This document shows positions 27,266 to 36,529 of a DNA stretch of 64,000 bases, in pieces. Position 1 is the first letter of the stretch. The number at the start of each line of letters is the position of its first letter. Position numbers and translations under genes: made by a program. Below the pieces are notes generated by a model. The model had not been told where the DNA came from and ran no database searches. It saw only the letters and a program-made list of their open reading frames with translations. Source of the stretch: an uncultured Bacteroidales bacterium (GTDB lineage: Bacteria > Bacteroidota > Bacteroidia > Bacteroidales > VadinHA17); assembly GCA_963765005.1 (NCBI GenBank), contig CAVXUP010000008.1, forward strand, positions 12,941 through 76,940, given 5' to 3'.

Positions 27266-29038
27266 ATGAAATTGGCATACAAATATTTAATAGTATCAGT
27301 ACTTACAGGAATTCTGATCCTTTCAAATTCCTGTACTGAGGAATTTCTCACGAGAGAACCTCCCGGAGTTGTGGCAGGCTCTGTACTCCTGACCCCTGAC
27401 GGCATTGAAGCACTTCTTGTCGGGACTTACGGGGCTATAAGGGGGACGAGCCGCTTCGGAGGCGCCATGGGAACCGACTGGACCTACGGCAGCATCGCCT
27501 CCGATGATTGTTATGCCGGGACCAGCGCTGGAAGCTCATCTGACTATATTCATCTTGAGAGGTATGATCTTATGCCTGACAGCCCTTACCTGAGAGAAAG
27601 ATGGCGCGACTGCTACAACGGTATAGCCAGGGCAAATGCAACGCTTGAGAATCTTTCCGAAATCAGGAAAAAGGGAGCTGTCATCCCTGAGGCCAGAGCA
27701 TTACAGATAGAGGCAGAAGCAAGGTTCCTGAGAGCCTGGTTTCATTTTCAGGCAAACAAAATTTTTGAAAGAATCCCTTACATTAAGACCCCTGCCGAGT
27801 TAAGCCCCTTGCTCCCCGAGGAGGTGCCAAACACCGATCCGGCATGGGATGGAATCGAAGAGGACCTGACTTTCGCCATCGATAATCTGCCAGTCACCAA
27901 CCGGCCCGGGGAACCAGGCAGAGCTGATAAATATGCTGCAGAAGCAGTTAAGGCTCATGTTCACATGTTTCAGAAAGAGTTCAGCAAGGCAAAGGCGCTG
28001 CTTGATGACATTATTCTCAACGGAGGGTTTGAACTTGCTGACAATTTCTACGACAATTACGACATGACTCATGAGAATAATGTCGAGTCGATTTTCGAAA
28101 TCCAGGCATCAACAACTTCCACATCGAATTCATCTCTTGGGCTCTCCGGTTGTGTCTTCCACCAGAAGGGTCCTGCGAGTTGCGGAGGATGGGGATTTTT
28201 TCAGCCATCACAATGTCTGTTCGAAGCATTCCAGGTAACTCCCGGCGGATTACCGGTTATAGAGATTGAAAACCGCGAGCCGCTTACGAATGACATGGGT
28301 ATAGGAAGTACCGGAACCTTTATACCTACTTCTCATCTTCTCGATCCACGTGTTGACTGGACAATAGCACGACGCGGGATTGATTTTCTGGGCTGGGGCA
28401 TTCATCCGGGAAATTCATGGATAAGGGAACAAGATTACGGAGGGCCTTATATGACCAAAAAATTCATGCACTTCAAATCCGAGCAAAGTCTTAATTTATC
28501 AGGATCAGGTTTTGATAACGGCAAGAATTACAGGATCTATCGCCTTGCAAATATTCTGCTATGGCGAGCTGAGATTGCTGTTGAAGAAAATGATTACGAG
28601 CTTGCCAGGACACTTGTGAACAGGGTCAGGGAAAGGGCAAAAAACAGCAAGCCAGTAATGGGTCTTTGCACCAGCTATTCAAATCTTGAGAACAATCCAG
28701 CAGTAGATTATACAAAGCCTGCAGCGAACTATAAAGTTGAGCCCTATGCACCGGGGCATCCTGCATTTACATCGCAGAGTGAGGCGCGAAAAGCCGTGAG
28801 AATGGAGATCAGGCTGGAATTTGCAACTGAAGGGAATCGCTTTTTCGATCTGCGTCGCTGGGGTATTGACAATGAGGTCATTAACGACTATATCGCACGC
28901 GATTCAAAATTCAGGAAATACCTGAAAGGCGCTGTCTATGATCCTGAAAAAAATGACTACTGGCCGTTGCCGATCGACCAGGTAAAGTTTCAGAAAGATG
29001 TACTGGTACAGGATTCCTCCTATATGCAGAAAATTTAG
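27266..29038 (+). CDS. RagB/SusD-family nutrient-binding outer-membrane lipoprotein
   Basis: Lipobox LSNSC at ATG 27266. TPR-like SusD blocks: EARFLRAWFHFQ, YRLANILLWRAE, RLEFATEGNRFFDLRRWG. The track start at 27146 overlaps alkA and is rejected. Confidence 0.92.
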   Translation: MKLAYKYLIVSVLTGILILSNSCTEEFLTREPPGVVAGSVLLTPDGIEALLVGTYGAIRGTSRFGGAMGTDWTYGSIASDDCYAGTSAGSSSDYIHLERYDLMPDSPYLRERWRDCYNGIARANATLENLSEIRKKGAVIPEARALQIEAEARFLRAWFHFQANKIFERIPYIKTPAELSPLLPEEVPNTDPAWDGIEEDLTFAIDNLPVTNRPGEPGRADKYAAEAVKAHVHMFQKEFSKAKALLDDIILNGGFELADNFYDNYDMTHENNVESIFEIQASTTSTSNSSLGLSGCVFHQKGPASCGGWGFFQPSQCLFEAFQVTPGGLPVIEIENREPLTNDMGIGSTGTFIPTSHLLDPRVDWTIARRGIDFLGWGIHPGNSWIREQDYGGPYMTKKFMHFKSEQSLNLSGSGFDNGKNYRIYRLANILLWRAEIAVEENDYELARTLVNRVRERAKNSKPVMGLCTSYSNLENNPAVDYTKPAANYKVEPYAPGHPAFTSQSEARKAVRMEIRLEFATEGNRFFDLRRWGIDNEVINDYIARDSKFRKYLKGAVYDPEKNDYWPLPIDQVKFQKDVLVQDSSYMQKI

Positions 29039-29150
29039 ACGCACGACGCAGGGCACACGACAAACGACGCACGACACAGGGCATACGATGCAGGAATAAC
29101 GACACAGGGCGAGCAACGTGGATCGTGTGTCGTGAGCCGTGCATCCTGCG
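29039..29150. repeat. Degenerate oligo-repeat patch (ACGAC[GA]CAGGG / CACGAC units) whose last ~28 nt are inverted
   Basis: Read directly as ...acgacgcaggg...acgacacaggg...acgatgcagga...acgacacaggg... then tcgtgtgtcgtgagccgtgcatcctgcg. Starts 1 nt after the SusD stop. Confidence 0.8.
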
Positions 29151-29175
29151 AAAAAACAAATTACGAATCGGATAT

Positions 29176-29733
29176 ATGAAACCTATATATTTTTCAGATC
29201 AGTCAGCCTTCAGAAAGTGGCTCGAGAAAAACCATAAAAAAGAAAAGGAACTTATTGTAGGCTTTTACAAGAAGGAGAGCGGCAAGCTTAACATGACATG
29301 GTCACAGTCTGTCGATCAGGCTCTTTGTTTTGGATGGATCGACGGGATCAGAAGATCGATAGATAAGGACAGCTACTGTATACGCTTTACTCCACGAAGG
29401 ACTACAAGTGTATGGAGTAAGGTAAACATAAACAAGGTTGAAGAGCTGACAAAGAAGGGCTTAATGCAACCTGCAGGGCTTGAAATATACAAACTCAGGA
29501 AAGAAGAAAAGTCAGGGATCTTCAGTTACGAAAGCGAGGCTAAACAACTTGAAAAGGATTTTGAAAACAGGTTCAAGGCATGTAAAAGTGCCTGGGAGTT
29601 TTTTACACATCAAGCCCCTTCTTATCAAAAAATGATTATTCACTGGATACTCGCTGCCAAGCAGGAAGCAACAAAGGCAAGACGACTCGAAAAGGTTATT
29701 GCTGAAAGCGAAAAGCAGAAGCGGATATTCTGA
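29176..29733 (+). CDS. YdeI/OmpD-associated family protein
   Basis: FRKWLEKNH...GFYKKESGK..MTWSQSVDQALCFGWIDGIRRSIDKDSYCIRFTPRRTTSVWS is the family signature. ATG at 29176. Confidence 0.85.
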   Translation: MKPIYFSDQSAFRKWLEKNHKKEKELIVGFYKKESGKLNMTWSQSVDQALCFGWIDGIRRSIDKDSYCIRFTPRRTTSVWSKVNINKVEELTKKGLMQPAGLEIYKLRKEEKSGIFSYESEAKQLEKDFENRFKACKSAWEFFTHQAPSYQKMIIHWILAAKQEATKARRLEKVIAESEKQKRIF

Positions 29734-29765
29734 GCGAAATGACTGCTATCCTGATAAATTGGTCA

Positions 29766-29810
29766 GGCACACGACACACGACGCACGACATACGGCACGC
29801 GACACACGGC
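29766..29810. repeat. CACGAC-type oligo-repeat patch
   Basis: ggcacacgacacacgacgcacgacatacggcacgcgacacacggc. Its cacgacacacga (29769-29780) is the exact reverse complement of tcgtgtgtcgtg (29123-29134). Confidence 0.8.
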
Positions 29811-29827
29811 AAAAGGCTTATGCGTTA

Positions 29828-31183
29828 TTATCTCCTGACTTGTCCAGGAAAGACAGCCAGGCTCTCGTGACCTCCAGCATCGACAGCCTGGATGCCAAAG
29901 AAGTAGTTGTCCTTTGAATACGGAATGGTAATTTCATTCCCCGTGACAAATATCTTCCTTTCCCACAGAGGCTGATATGTTTCCCTCATAAGTATGTAAT
30001 AACCTGCAGGCTTGACGCCTTTCGCAGGGGATTCCCACTTCAAAGTTGTCTTGTTTGTAAGTCCTGCGGTAACGATCCCGCAGTTCACCGGCTCACAGGG
30101 AGCCAGTGCAAGCGAAGCAATTGTAGAAAGGTTGATGCCGGCATTCTTTCTTACATATTCATAGTCGACAGATTCCGGGAGGTCTCCAAGCTGGACCCCG
30201 TTTACAATTTCCGGAATCTTATGAGTCCGGTCGTAGTTCTCGTTGTATTCGCAGATCCTGACTGCGGTGAAGCCCTCCTGGCAGAAAGGCGAATGGTCGC
30301 CGCCACGGCCAAACCTGTCATTCCTGAAGACAAGAGTTACATTGAGCTGATCAACATATTTCTCCCCGGTTTCCTTTATATAACGTGCAAGCTGCCTTGC
30401 TTTGCTGTCATTCTCCCCGGAAGAAAATTTCCTTAATGTAGCCATCTGTTCCGTTTCGTATGCCGGAACTCCTTCGCTGAAAACCCTTACCCTCATGTTA
30501 TCATTAAGCAGCGTCTCGCTCGAACCGCTGTTTCCTATCATATCGTTGTTGAGCATTGCGATAATATTCCATTTCTCCTCCTTTGCCTTTGCGGCCATAT
30601 GTTTTGCTCCATAAAGACCATGCTCCTCGCCCGAAACTGCCATAAATACTATAGTAGCAGAGAATTTCTGAGGCGACATTATCCTTATCATCTCCAGGAT
30701 TGCCGCGATACCCGATCCGTCGTCGTTTGCGCCGGGGGCATAGCTTGTGCTGTCGTTGTCGAGGGCGGCCCTTGAATCGAGGTGGGCACTGATCAGGATC
30801 TTCCTGTCATCGGAAGGGTCAGTACCCTTAAGTGTGGCAACTACATTCTTCAGTTTCACCGGCTTGCTAATTCTCTGTCCGGGTCCGCCGACTGAGTATT
30901 CTTCAAATTTAACTTCAAGCCTTCCTCCGGAAGAGGGAATGCTTTTCTCCATCTCCGATTTTATCCAGTTCCAGGAAGCTCCGATCCCTTTTGCAGGATC
31001 AGTCTGAACACTCAGGTTGTGACGTGTATGAAAGCTCACAAGTTTCCGGACATGCTGTTCTATCCTTTCAGCTGAGATCTCATCAACCATCTTTTTTATC
31101 TCCGGATCGCGGTTTATTATTGTCTGTCCTCCAGCCGCATTTATCAGTGCCGAGAATATCAAAATAGAAAGTGACTTTTTCAT
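29828..31183 (-). CDS. M28-family aminopeptidase with signal peptide and C-terminal Fn3-like domain
   Basis: APGANDDGSGIAAILE and SGEEHGLYGAKH metal-ligand blocks. The ATG at 31183 overlaps the upstream stop (ATGA). Confidence 0.88.
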   Translation of the reverse strand: MKKSLSILIFSALINAAGGQTIINRDPEIKKMVDEISAERIEQHVRKLVSFHTRHNLSVQTDPAKGIGASWNWIKSEMEKSIPSSGGRLEVKFEEYSVGGPGQRISKPVKLKNVVATLKGTDPSDDRKILISAHLDSRAALDNDSTSYAPGANDDGSGIAAILEMIRIMSPQKFSATIVFMAVSGEEHGLYGAKHMAAKAKEEKWNIIAMLNNDMIGNSGSSETLLNDNMRVRVFSEGVPAYETEQMATLRKFSSGENDSKARQLARYIKETGEKYVDQLNVTLVFRNDRFGRGGDHSPFCQEGFTAVRICEYNENYDRTHKIPEIVNGVQLGDLPESVDYEYVRKNAGINLSTIASLALAPCEPVNCGIVTAGLTNKTTLKWESPAKGVKPAGYYILMRETYQPLWERKIFVTGNEITIPYSKDNYFFGIQAVDAGGHESLAVFPGQVRR

Positions 31184-32565
31184 GAGCAAACTGCTTCGAC
31201 TTCTTTTATGCTTTTTGGAATTGCCTTGCCGAGGACCTTGTGACCCTTTTCGGTAATGAGGACATCATCCTCGAGCCGGATGCCGCCGATTGACATATAC
31301 TTATCGAGTTTGCTGTAATTGATGAAGTCTTTGTATTTGCCTTCCGATTTCCATCTTTCGATGAGTTCAGGGATGAAATAGCATCCCGGTTCAATAGTAA
31401 GGACATGTCCGGGTTTGTAGGGAAGTGCAAAACGGAGGTAAGCAGTTCCAAACTGGTCGCTCCTCTTAACCTCTTCGTTGTATCCGATATAATTTTCTCC
31501 AAGACTTTCCATATCGTGAACATCGAGGCCCATCATGTGTCCAAGGCCATGAGGCATGAAAAGAGTGTGTGCACCTGCTGCCACTGCCTCATCGATATCT
31601 CCTTTCATCAGTCCCAGAGCTTTCATCTCCTCAGCAATTATTCTGCAAGCCATGAAATGCGTATCGCGGTTCGACATCCCTGGTTTCATTGCTTTTATAC
31701 ATTCGGTATTTGCTTTATAGACAATCTCGTAAATCTCTTTCTGCTGGGTGCTGAATTTTCCGCCGACAGGAGTGGTACGGGTAATGTCGCTGGCATAATG
31801 CAGATTTGTTTCAGCGCCTGCATCGGTTACCAGCATTTTACCCTTCTTTAAAACATTTCCATGGGCATGATTATGCAGTGTCTGACCGTTTATGCTGAGA
31901 ATTATAGGAAAGGAAGTTCCGCCGCCTTTTGAAAGGGCTATACCCTCAAGAGTGCCAAAGATTTCCTGTTCCCTGATCCCGGGTTTGCACATTTTCATGG
32001 CGGTGACATGCATCTCATATGCAATATCCACAGCATTTTCTATCTCGTCAATTTCTATCTTTTCCTTTATCGACCTCAATGAGATCACCGCCTTAATAAG
32101 CTCAACAGAAGCAAGGGTCTTCATCTGGCAAGGGTTTTCCTTGAGAAGTGAGCCCAGGGTCATTTTCGATTCTCCCCGGTATGGCGGAAGAAAATGGATC
32201 TTTCTTTTCTTCGACAAGGCATCCTTAATCACTTCTTCGAGCTTCGAAAGCGGAGCTGAATCCGTGACGGCACATTTGAGAGCCAGCTCCTTTACTGTCG
32301 GTTGCGGTCCCATCCATATTATGTCATCTATATCGTAGTCGTTCCCAAAGACAATGTCTTTTCCGGAATCGAAATCCATCAAAGCCACAAAATCCGGATG
32401 GTCAAGTCCGAAAAAATAGAGGAAATCACTATCCTGACGGAAGTGATATGTGTTTGCAGGGTAATTCATAGGGGCTTCTACATTCCCGATGAATAATGCA
32501 AGACCGGATTTCATTAGTGAGTGCAGCTTTGCACGTCGTCCTTTATATACCTCCGCTTTAAACAT
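31180..32565 (-). CDS. pepP: Xaa-Pro aminopeptidase (M24B)
   Basis: AMP_N domain plus HGLGHMMGLDVHD and the LTIEPG / IRLEDD metal-ligand blocks. Confidence 0.9.
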   Translation of the reverse strand: MFKAEVYKGRRAKLHSLMKSGLALFIGNVEAPMNYPANTYHFRQDSDFLYFFGLDHPDFVALMDFDSGKDIVFGNDYDIDDIIWMGPQPTVKELALKCAVTDSAPLSKLEEVIKDALSKKRKIHFLPPYRGESKMTLGSLLKENPCQMKTLASVELIKAVISLRSIKEKIEIDEIENAVDIAYEMHVTAMKMCKPGIREQEIFGTLEGIALSKGGGTSFPIILSINGQTLHNHAHGNVLKKGKMLVTDAGAETNLHYASDITRTTPVGGKFSTQQKEIYEIVYKANTECIKAMKPGMSNRDTHFMACRIIAEEMKALGLMKGDIDEAVAAGAHTLFMPHGLGHMMGLDVHDMESLGENYIGYNEEVKRSDQFGTAYLRFALPYKPGHVLTIEPGCYFIPELIERWKSEGKYKDFINYSKLDKYMSIGGIRLEDDVLITEKGHKVLGKAIPKSIKEVEAVCS

Positions 32566-32822
32566 AACAGTCGTTTTAAGTTATTGCTGATTAAAGCCTC
32601 TAAGTTAACACCCGTAAAAGTCAGAAGCAACGAAATCGCAGAAAAATAAAACTGTTATTGGCAGAATTTCTGCGCTTCAGGATTATCAAAATTAAATCCT
32701 TTTTTAAAAATTCTGTAAAATTCTATGATTCAGGCTAAAAAAATGCGAATAGGATTTGTTATTAACAAATTATTATTATATTCGCAATGGTTTCAACATC
32801 TTATTAACAACCTGATCCCGTC

Positions 32823-33554
32823 ATGCCGTACAGAAGATTGCCCAACACCGACACAGCCCGAATCAGGGCCATTAAGAATGCAATAGATAAGGGAAAGGAG
32901 CTTCCTCCTCATAAACTGGCATTCTCATCAAAAACACTTGTAAGGCTCCAGAGAATACTTCCGATGTTCGAAAACAACATTATAGTTTACCGGCAATCTC
33001 TTTTGTCGCAGAGCAAGAAATCGAAGGACTACAATGAAATTTCAAAGAAGGCAAGGATCTATCTGACTCATTTCATTAAGGTGATGAATATGGCGATCCA
33101 CCGAGGTGAACTTCCTGCTGAAACAAGGGCATTTTACGGACTGGCAACAAACGATGCCACTGTTCCGGCGCTCTATACAGAGAATGAGTTGCTGAGCTGG
33201 GGAAAAAGAATTATCGACGGTGAGGAGTTCAGGATAAGAAAAGGCGGCAGTCCGATAACCAATCCGACAATTGCAGTTGTCAAGATAAGATTTGAGCATT
33301 TCATCGATTCATGGACATATTATAATACTTTGGCAAAAAGGACATTCGATCTCACTGAAAAGAATAATACCCTGAGGAAGGAGGCTGATGAATCAATCCT
33401 GCAGCTCTGGAATGAGGTCGAGAATTTTCACAGCAGCCTCACCGAGGATGAAAGGAAGAAGCAGTGCGAGGAGTATGGCGTCGTATATTTCTACAGGAGG
33501 AACGAACTTGAAAAGGCAGGAGTCTCTGAGGTTCAGAGCCAGCTGTGGTCCTGA
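32823..33554 (+). CDS. Conserved hypothetical protein
   Basis: 243 aa, no TM or signal peptide, no family recognised. Confidence 0.6.
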   Translation: MPYRRLPNTDTARIRAIKNAIDKGKELPPHKLAFSSKTLVRLQRILPMFENNIIVYRQSLLSQSKKSKDYNEISKKARIYLTHFIKVMNMAIHRGELPAETRAFYGLATNDATVPALYTENELLSWGKRIIDGEEFRIRKGGSPITNPTIAVVKIRFEHFIDSWTYYNTLAKRTFDLTEKNNTLRKEADESILQLWNEVENFHSSLTEDERKKQCEEYGVVYFYRRNELEKAGVSEVQSQLWS

Positions 33555-34514
33555 TCACTTCGCTGACAAATCACCGTTTCCCCGAGTTGACTGATTAAAT
33601 GCTGTCCCACGCGACCGTATAAGGGCAAGAATAACAAGAGATACTGCAACCGGCAGTATCAATCCAAAAAGATCTTTACCCGTCAGTGCCCCTGAGTCCT
33701 GGTTGTATCCTTCCCAGCCATACAGATAAGCACCTGCAGTAGGAACAGCATTATTGACAAAATGGGCAATAATGGGAAGCCAGAGCGATCCGCTCCACAG
33801 ATACAGGTATCCGAATGCAAGTCCCAGAATTAATCGCGGAAGGAATCCATAGAACTGGAAATGAACAAAACTGAAAAAGAAAGCAGTTATCCATACAGCA
33901 AGCCAGCCCTTTCTTAAGGCAGCTGAAAGGATCCTCTGCAGCACTCCCCTGAAAATAAGTTCCTCTCCCAACGCCGGAAGGATTGCAATAACAAGAAGAT
34001 TCAATGCCATCATACCGGCAGAATCCTGCTTCATCAGAATGTCGAAGATCCGGCTTATGCTATCCTCCTTCTCGTTAATCCATGTGTCGACCCCCGAAAG
34101 CCACTGCGGCAGATTCATTTCCGAATTAAGACGACCTGTAAAAGATGTTATAGGAAATAGGGTAAAGGCCAGAATAACTACAAGGATGACGTCGGCTGCA
34201 GAAGGCAGGCTTAAGTCGTTATTGATTCCCGTCAAGGACGGCTTCATGAGATAGCGTATTATAATGCCGGGAATTATGAAGAGCGATACCTGCTGAACTA
34301 TTAAAAGGTAGCGCAGCAATGCTATCTCATTTTTGCCTGGCGAAGGACTAAACCCATCAGGGAACTGAATATCTACGTCATAAATCGCAATACCTGCGAC
34401 AGAAAGGGCTGTCATAAGAGCCATTCCGGCAACCGAAACAATAAGGAATGAAATACCAAGCTGAACAATTGGTGACCGCTCACTAAAGGATAGATAGCCC
34501 TTGTTATCGCCCAT
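33555..34514 (-). CDS. CPBP-family intramembrane glutamic endopeptidase
   Basis: EELIFRGVLQ, FSFVHFQ and HFVNN motifs. ATG at 34514; the longer track ORF overlaps the dusB start. Confidence 0.85.
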   Translation of the reverse strand: MGDNKGYLSFSERSPIVQLGISFLIVSVAGMALMTALSVAGIAIYDVDIQFPDGFSPSPGKNEIALLRYLLIVQQVSLFIIPGIIIRYLMKPSLTGINNDLSLPSAADVILVVILAFTLFPITSFTGRLNSEMNLPQWLSGVDTWINEKEDSISRIFDILMKQDSAGMMALNLLVIAILPALGEELIFRGVLQRILSAALRKGWLAVWITAFFFSFVHFQFYGFLPRLILGLAFGYLYLWSGSLWLPIIAHFVNNAVPTAGAYLYGWEGYNQDSGALTGKDLFGLILPVAVSLVILALIRSRGTAFNQSTRGNGDLSAK

Positions 34515-34566
34515 TTTACTATTTTTGCACTCAAAGTTATCAATTACCTGATTAAAATATACACTA

Positions 34567-35580
34567 TTGACAATAGGCAGCATTAATCTCCCGGCTTTCC
34601 CTCTTTTTCTGGCACCCATGGAAGACATCACAGATCCATCATTCAGGATGGTATGCAAGGCCAACGGGGCTGATTTCATGTATACAGAATTCATCTCTTC
34701 CGACGGACTTATCAGGGACGGGGAGAAGAGTGTAAAAAAGCTCGACATTTATGACAGGGAAAGACCAATAGGCATACAGCTTTACGGACATCTTATTGAT
34801 GCCATGGTTGAGTCTGCACTTATTGCAGAGGAGGCAGGTCCTGAACTTATAGATATAAATTTCGGCTGTCCGGTAAGGAAAATTGCAAACCGCGGTGCCG
34901 GAGCCGGGATGCTCAGGAACATCCCGCTGATGATTGAGATGACTCAGGCTATAGTAAGAGCGGTGAAGCTTCCTGTAACAGTAAAAACAAGGCTCGGCTG
35001 GGATGATGACAGTAAAATAATTGTCGAGGTGGCTGAACGGCTTCAGGATACAGGCATCAAGGCGTTGACAATCCATGGCAGGACACGTGCTCAGCTATAC
35101 AAAGGTTCAGCCGACTGGACACTCATTGGTGAAGTGAAGAATAATCCCAGGATGAAAATCCCGATTATAGGGAATGGCGACATCGACGGGCCCCTGAAAG
35201 CAAAGGAGATGTTCGACAGGTATGGAGTTGACGGGATAATGATTGGCCGGGCTACAGTGGGAAGGCCATGGATATTCAAAGAGATCAGGCACTATCTCGA
35301 TAGTGGTGAGTTACTCCCCGAGCCGTCGGTAAGCGAGAAAGCCGACCTTGCAATCTTTCACCTCGACAGATCGCTCGAATACAAGGAGGGTAAAAGGGCC
35401 ATTTATGAAATGCGCCGGCACCTGTCGAATTATTTCAAGGGTCTTCCGCATTTCAGGGAGACACGGCTGAAACTGCTGACTGCACCGGAGGCGGAGGATA
35501 TTAAGATCATCATTGAAGAGATCAGGCAGAAATGGGGCGATTTCAGAACTGATGACAAATCATCAATCTATAACCTGTAG
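34567..35580 (+). CDS. dusB: tRNA-dihydrouridine synthase B
   Basis: LAPMEDITDPSFR, the TIM-barrel FMN site and the C-terminal helical domain. TTG start at 34567. Confidence 0.92.
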   Translation: MTIGSINLPAFPLFLAPMEDITDPSFRMVCKANGADFMYTEFISSDGLIRDGEKSVKKLDIYDRERPIGIQLYGHLIDAMVESALIAEEAGPELIDINFGCPVRKIANRGAGAGMLRNIPLMIEMTQAIVRAVKLPVTVKTRLGWDDDSKIIVEVAERLQDTGIKALTIHGRTRAQLYKGSADWTLIGEVKNNPRMKIPIIGNGDIDGPLKAKEMFDRYGVDGIMIGRATVGRPWIFKEIRHYLDSGELLPEPSVSEKADLAIFHLDRSLEYKEGKRAIYEMRRHLSNYFKGLPHFRETRLKLLTAPEAEDIKIIIEEIRQKWGDFRTDDKSSIYNL

Positions 35581-35585
35581 GGAAG

Positions 35586-36515
35586 CTATTCTTTGATTCT
35601 CTCAAACAGCACTGAAAATTTTCCCCATTTGAATATTCTGGCAAGCAGCAGAACAAAAATCATTCCTGTAACAAGCAGTGCGGCGAACTCAGTCCAGGGA
35701 TAGATTGAATGCTGCTCAAACAGTGCCTGGGTTTGAAGAGCTGAGGCTTTGTTGGTTACCATAATGCAGAGGAAAATATTATTTGCAGTATGAGCTCCCA
35801 TGGCTGCTTCAATACCGTCGTCGAGTATTGTTATAATTCCAAAAATCAGTCCGAAAAGAATATATTGCGGCATCATTGTGAAAAAACCAAATTCCTTTAC
35901 CTCCGGATTAAATGCATGCATCAGGCCAAAGAGCAGAGATGTCATCAACAAGGGAAACCACCTGTAAGTCACGAGTACTGAGAAACCCTGCATCAGATAA
36001 CCCCTGAACAGGATCTCCTCAAATGCCGCCTGAAAAGGAATGAATAATATGGAAATTACTGAAAGAATTATAAGTGAGGCTGTTGCATTATTAAGGCTGA
36101 AGTTAGCGGGATCGAACTTCATATAAACAAAGAAATAGATGGCGCCTAAAACAAGCCAGATAAGTCCCGAGATAAAAAACCTGTTCCATCTGATCCTGCC
36201 GGTCCCGTTTATTGTGGTTTTTATTGTCCTGTAATTAAGAGGCTTTACAAGAAATAAGAATGCCGCAAGCCCTGCTATAAAAGGAAAGAGCAATATCATA
36301 AGCAGCATATTCATATTGAGACCGAGGACGCTATAGTCATTCGGATTTGCAGCAAGCTGGGCAAAAATCCCGGGATTTGACGCTGATTTGGCAAAAAGTG
36401 CAACTATCAATGGAAGGGCTCCTATGGTATTTGAAGCAAGAAGGACTGCCACTATCATTACAACATATCTCCAGAGGCTGTTTTTGCCTGAAAAGGCCGA
36501 TTCAAGATGGTTCAT
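35586..36515 (-). CDS. CPBP-family intramembrane glutamic endopeptidase (second copy)
   Basis: EEILFRGYLMQ, FGLMHAFNPE and HTANN motifs. Confidence 0.85.
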   Translation of the reverse strand: MNHLESAFSGKNSLWRYVVMIVAVLLASNTIGALPLIVALFAKSASNPGIFAQLAANPNDYSVLGLNMNMLLMILLFPFIAGLAAFLFLVKPLNYRTIKTTINGTGRIRWNRFFISGLIWLVLGAIYFFVYMKFDPANFSLNNATASLIILSVISILFIPFQAAFEEILFRGYLMQGFSVLVTYRWFPLLMTSLLFGLMHAFNPEVKEFGFFTMMPQYILFGLIFGIITILDDGIEAAMGAHTANNIFLCIMVTNKASALQTQALFEQHSIYPWTEFAALLVTGMIFVLLLARIFKWGKFSVLFERIKE

Positions 36516-36529
36516 AATTATTTGCTTAT

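Noticed and set aside
32661-32673. A 13-nt palindrome, GCAGAATTTCTGC, in the pepP upstream region, considered as an operator.
   Set aside because: A 6-bp perfect inverted repeat with a 1-nt spacer is expected about 16 times by chance in 64 kb. There is no second copy or supporting context.
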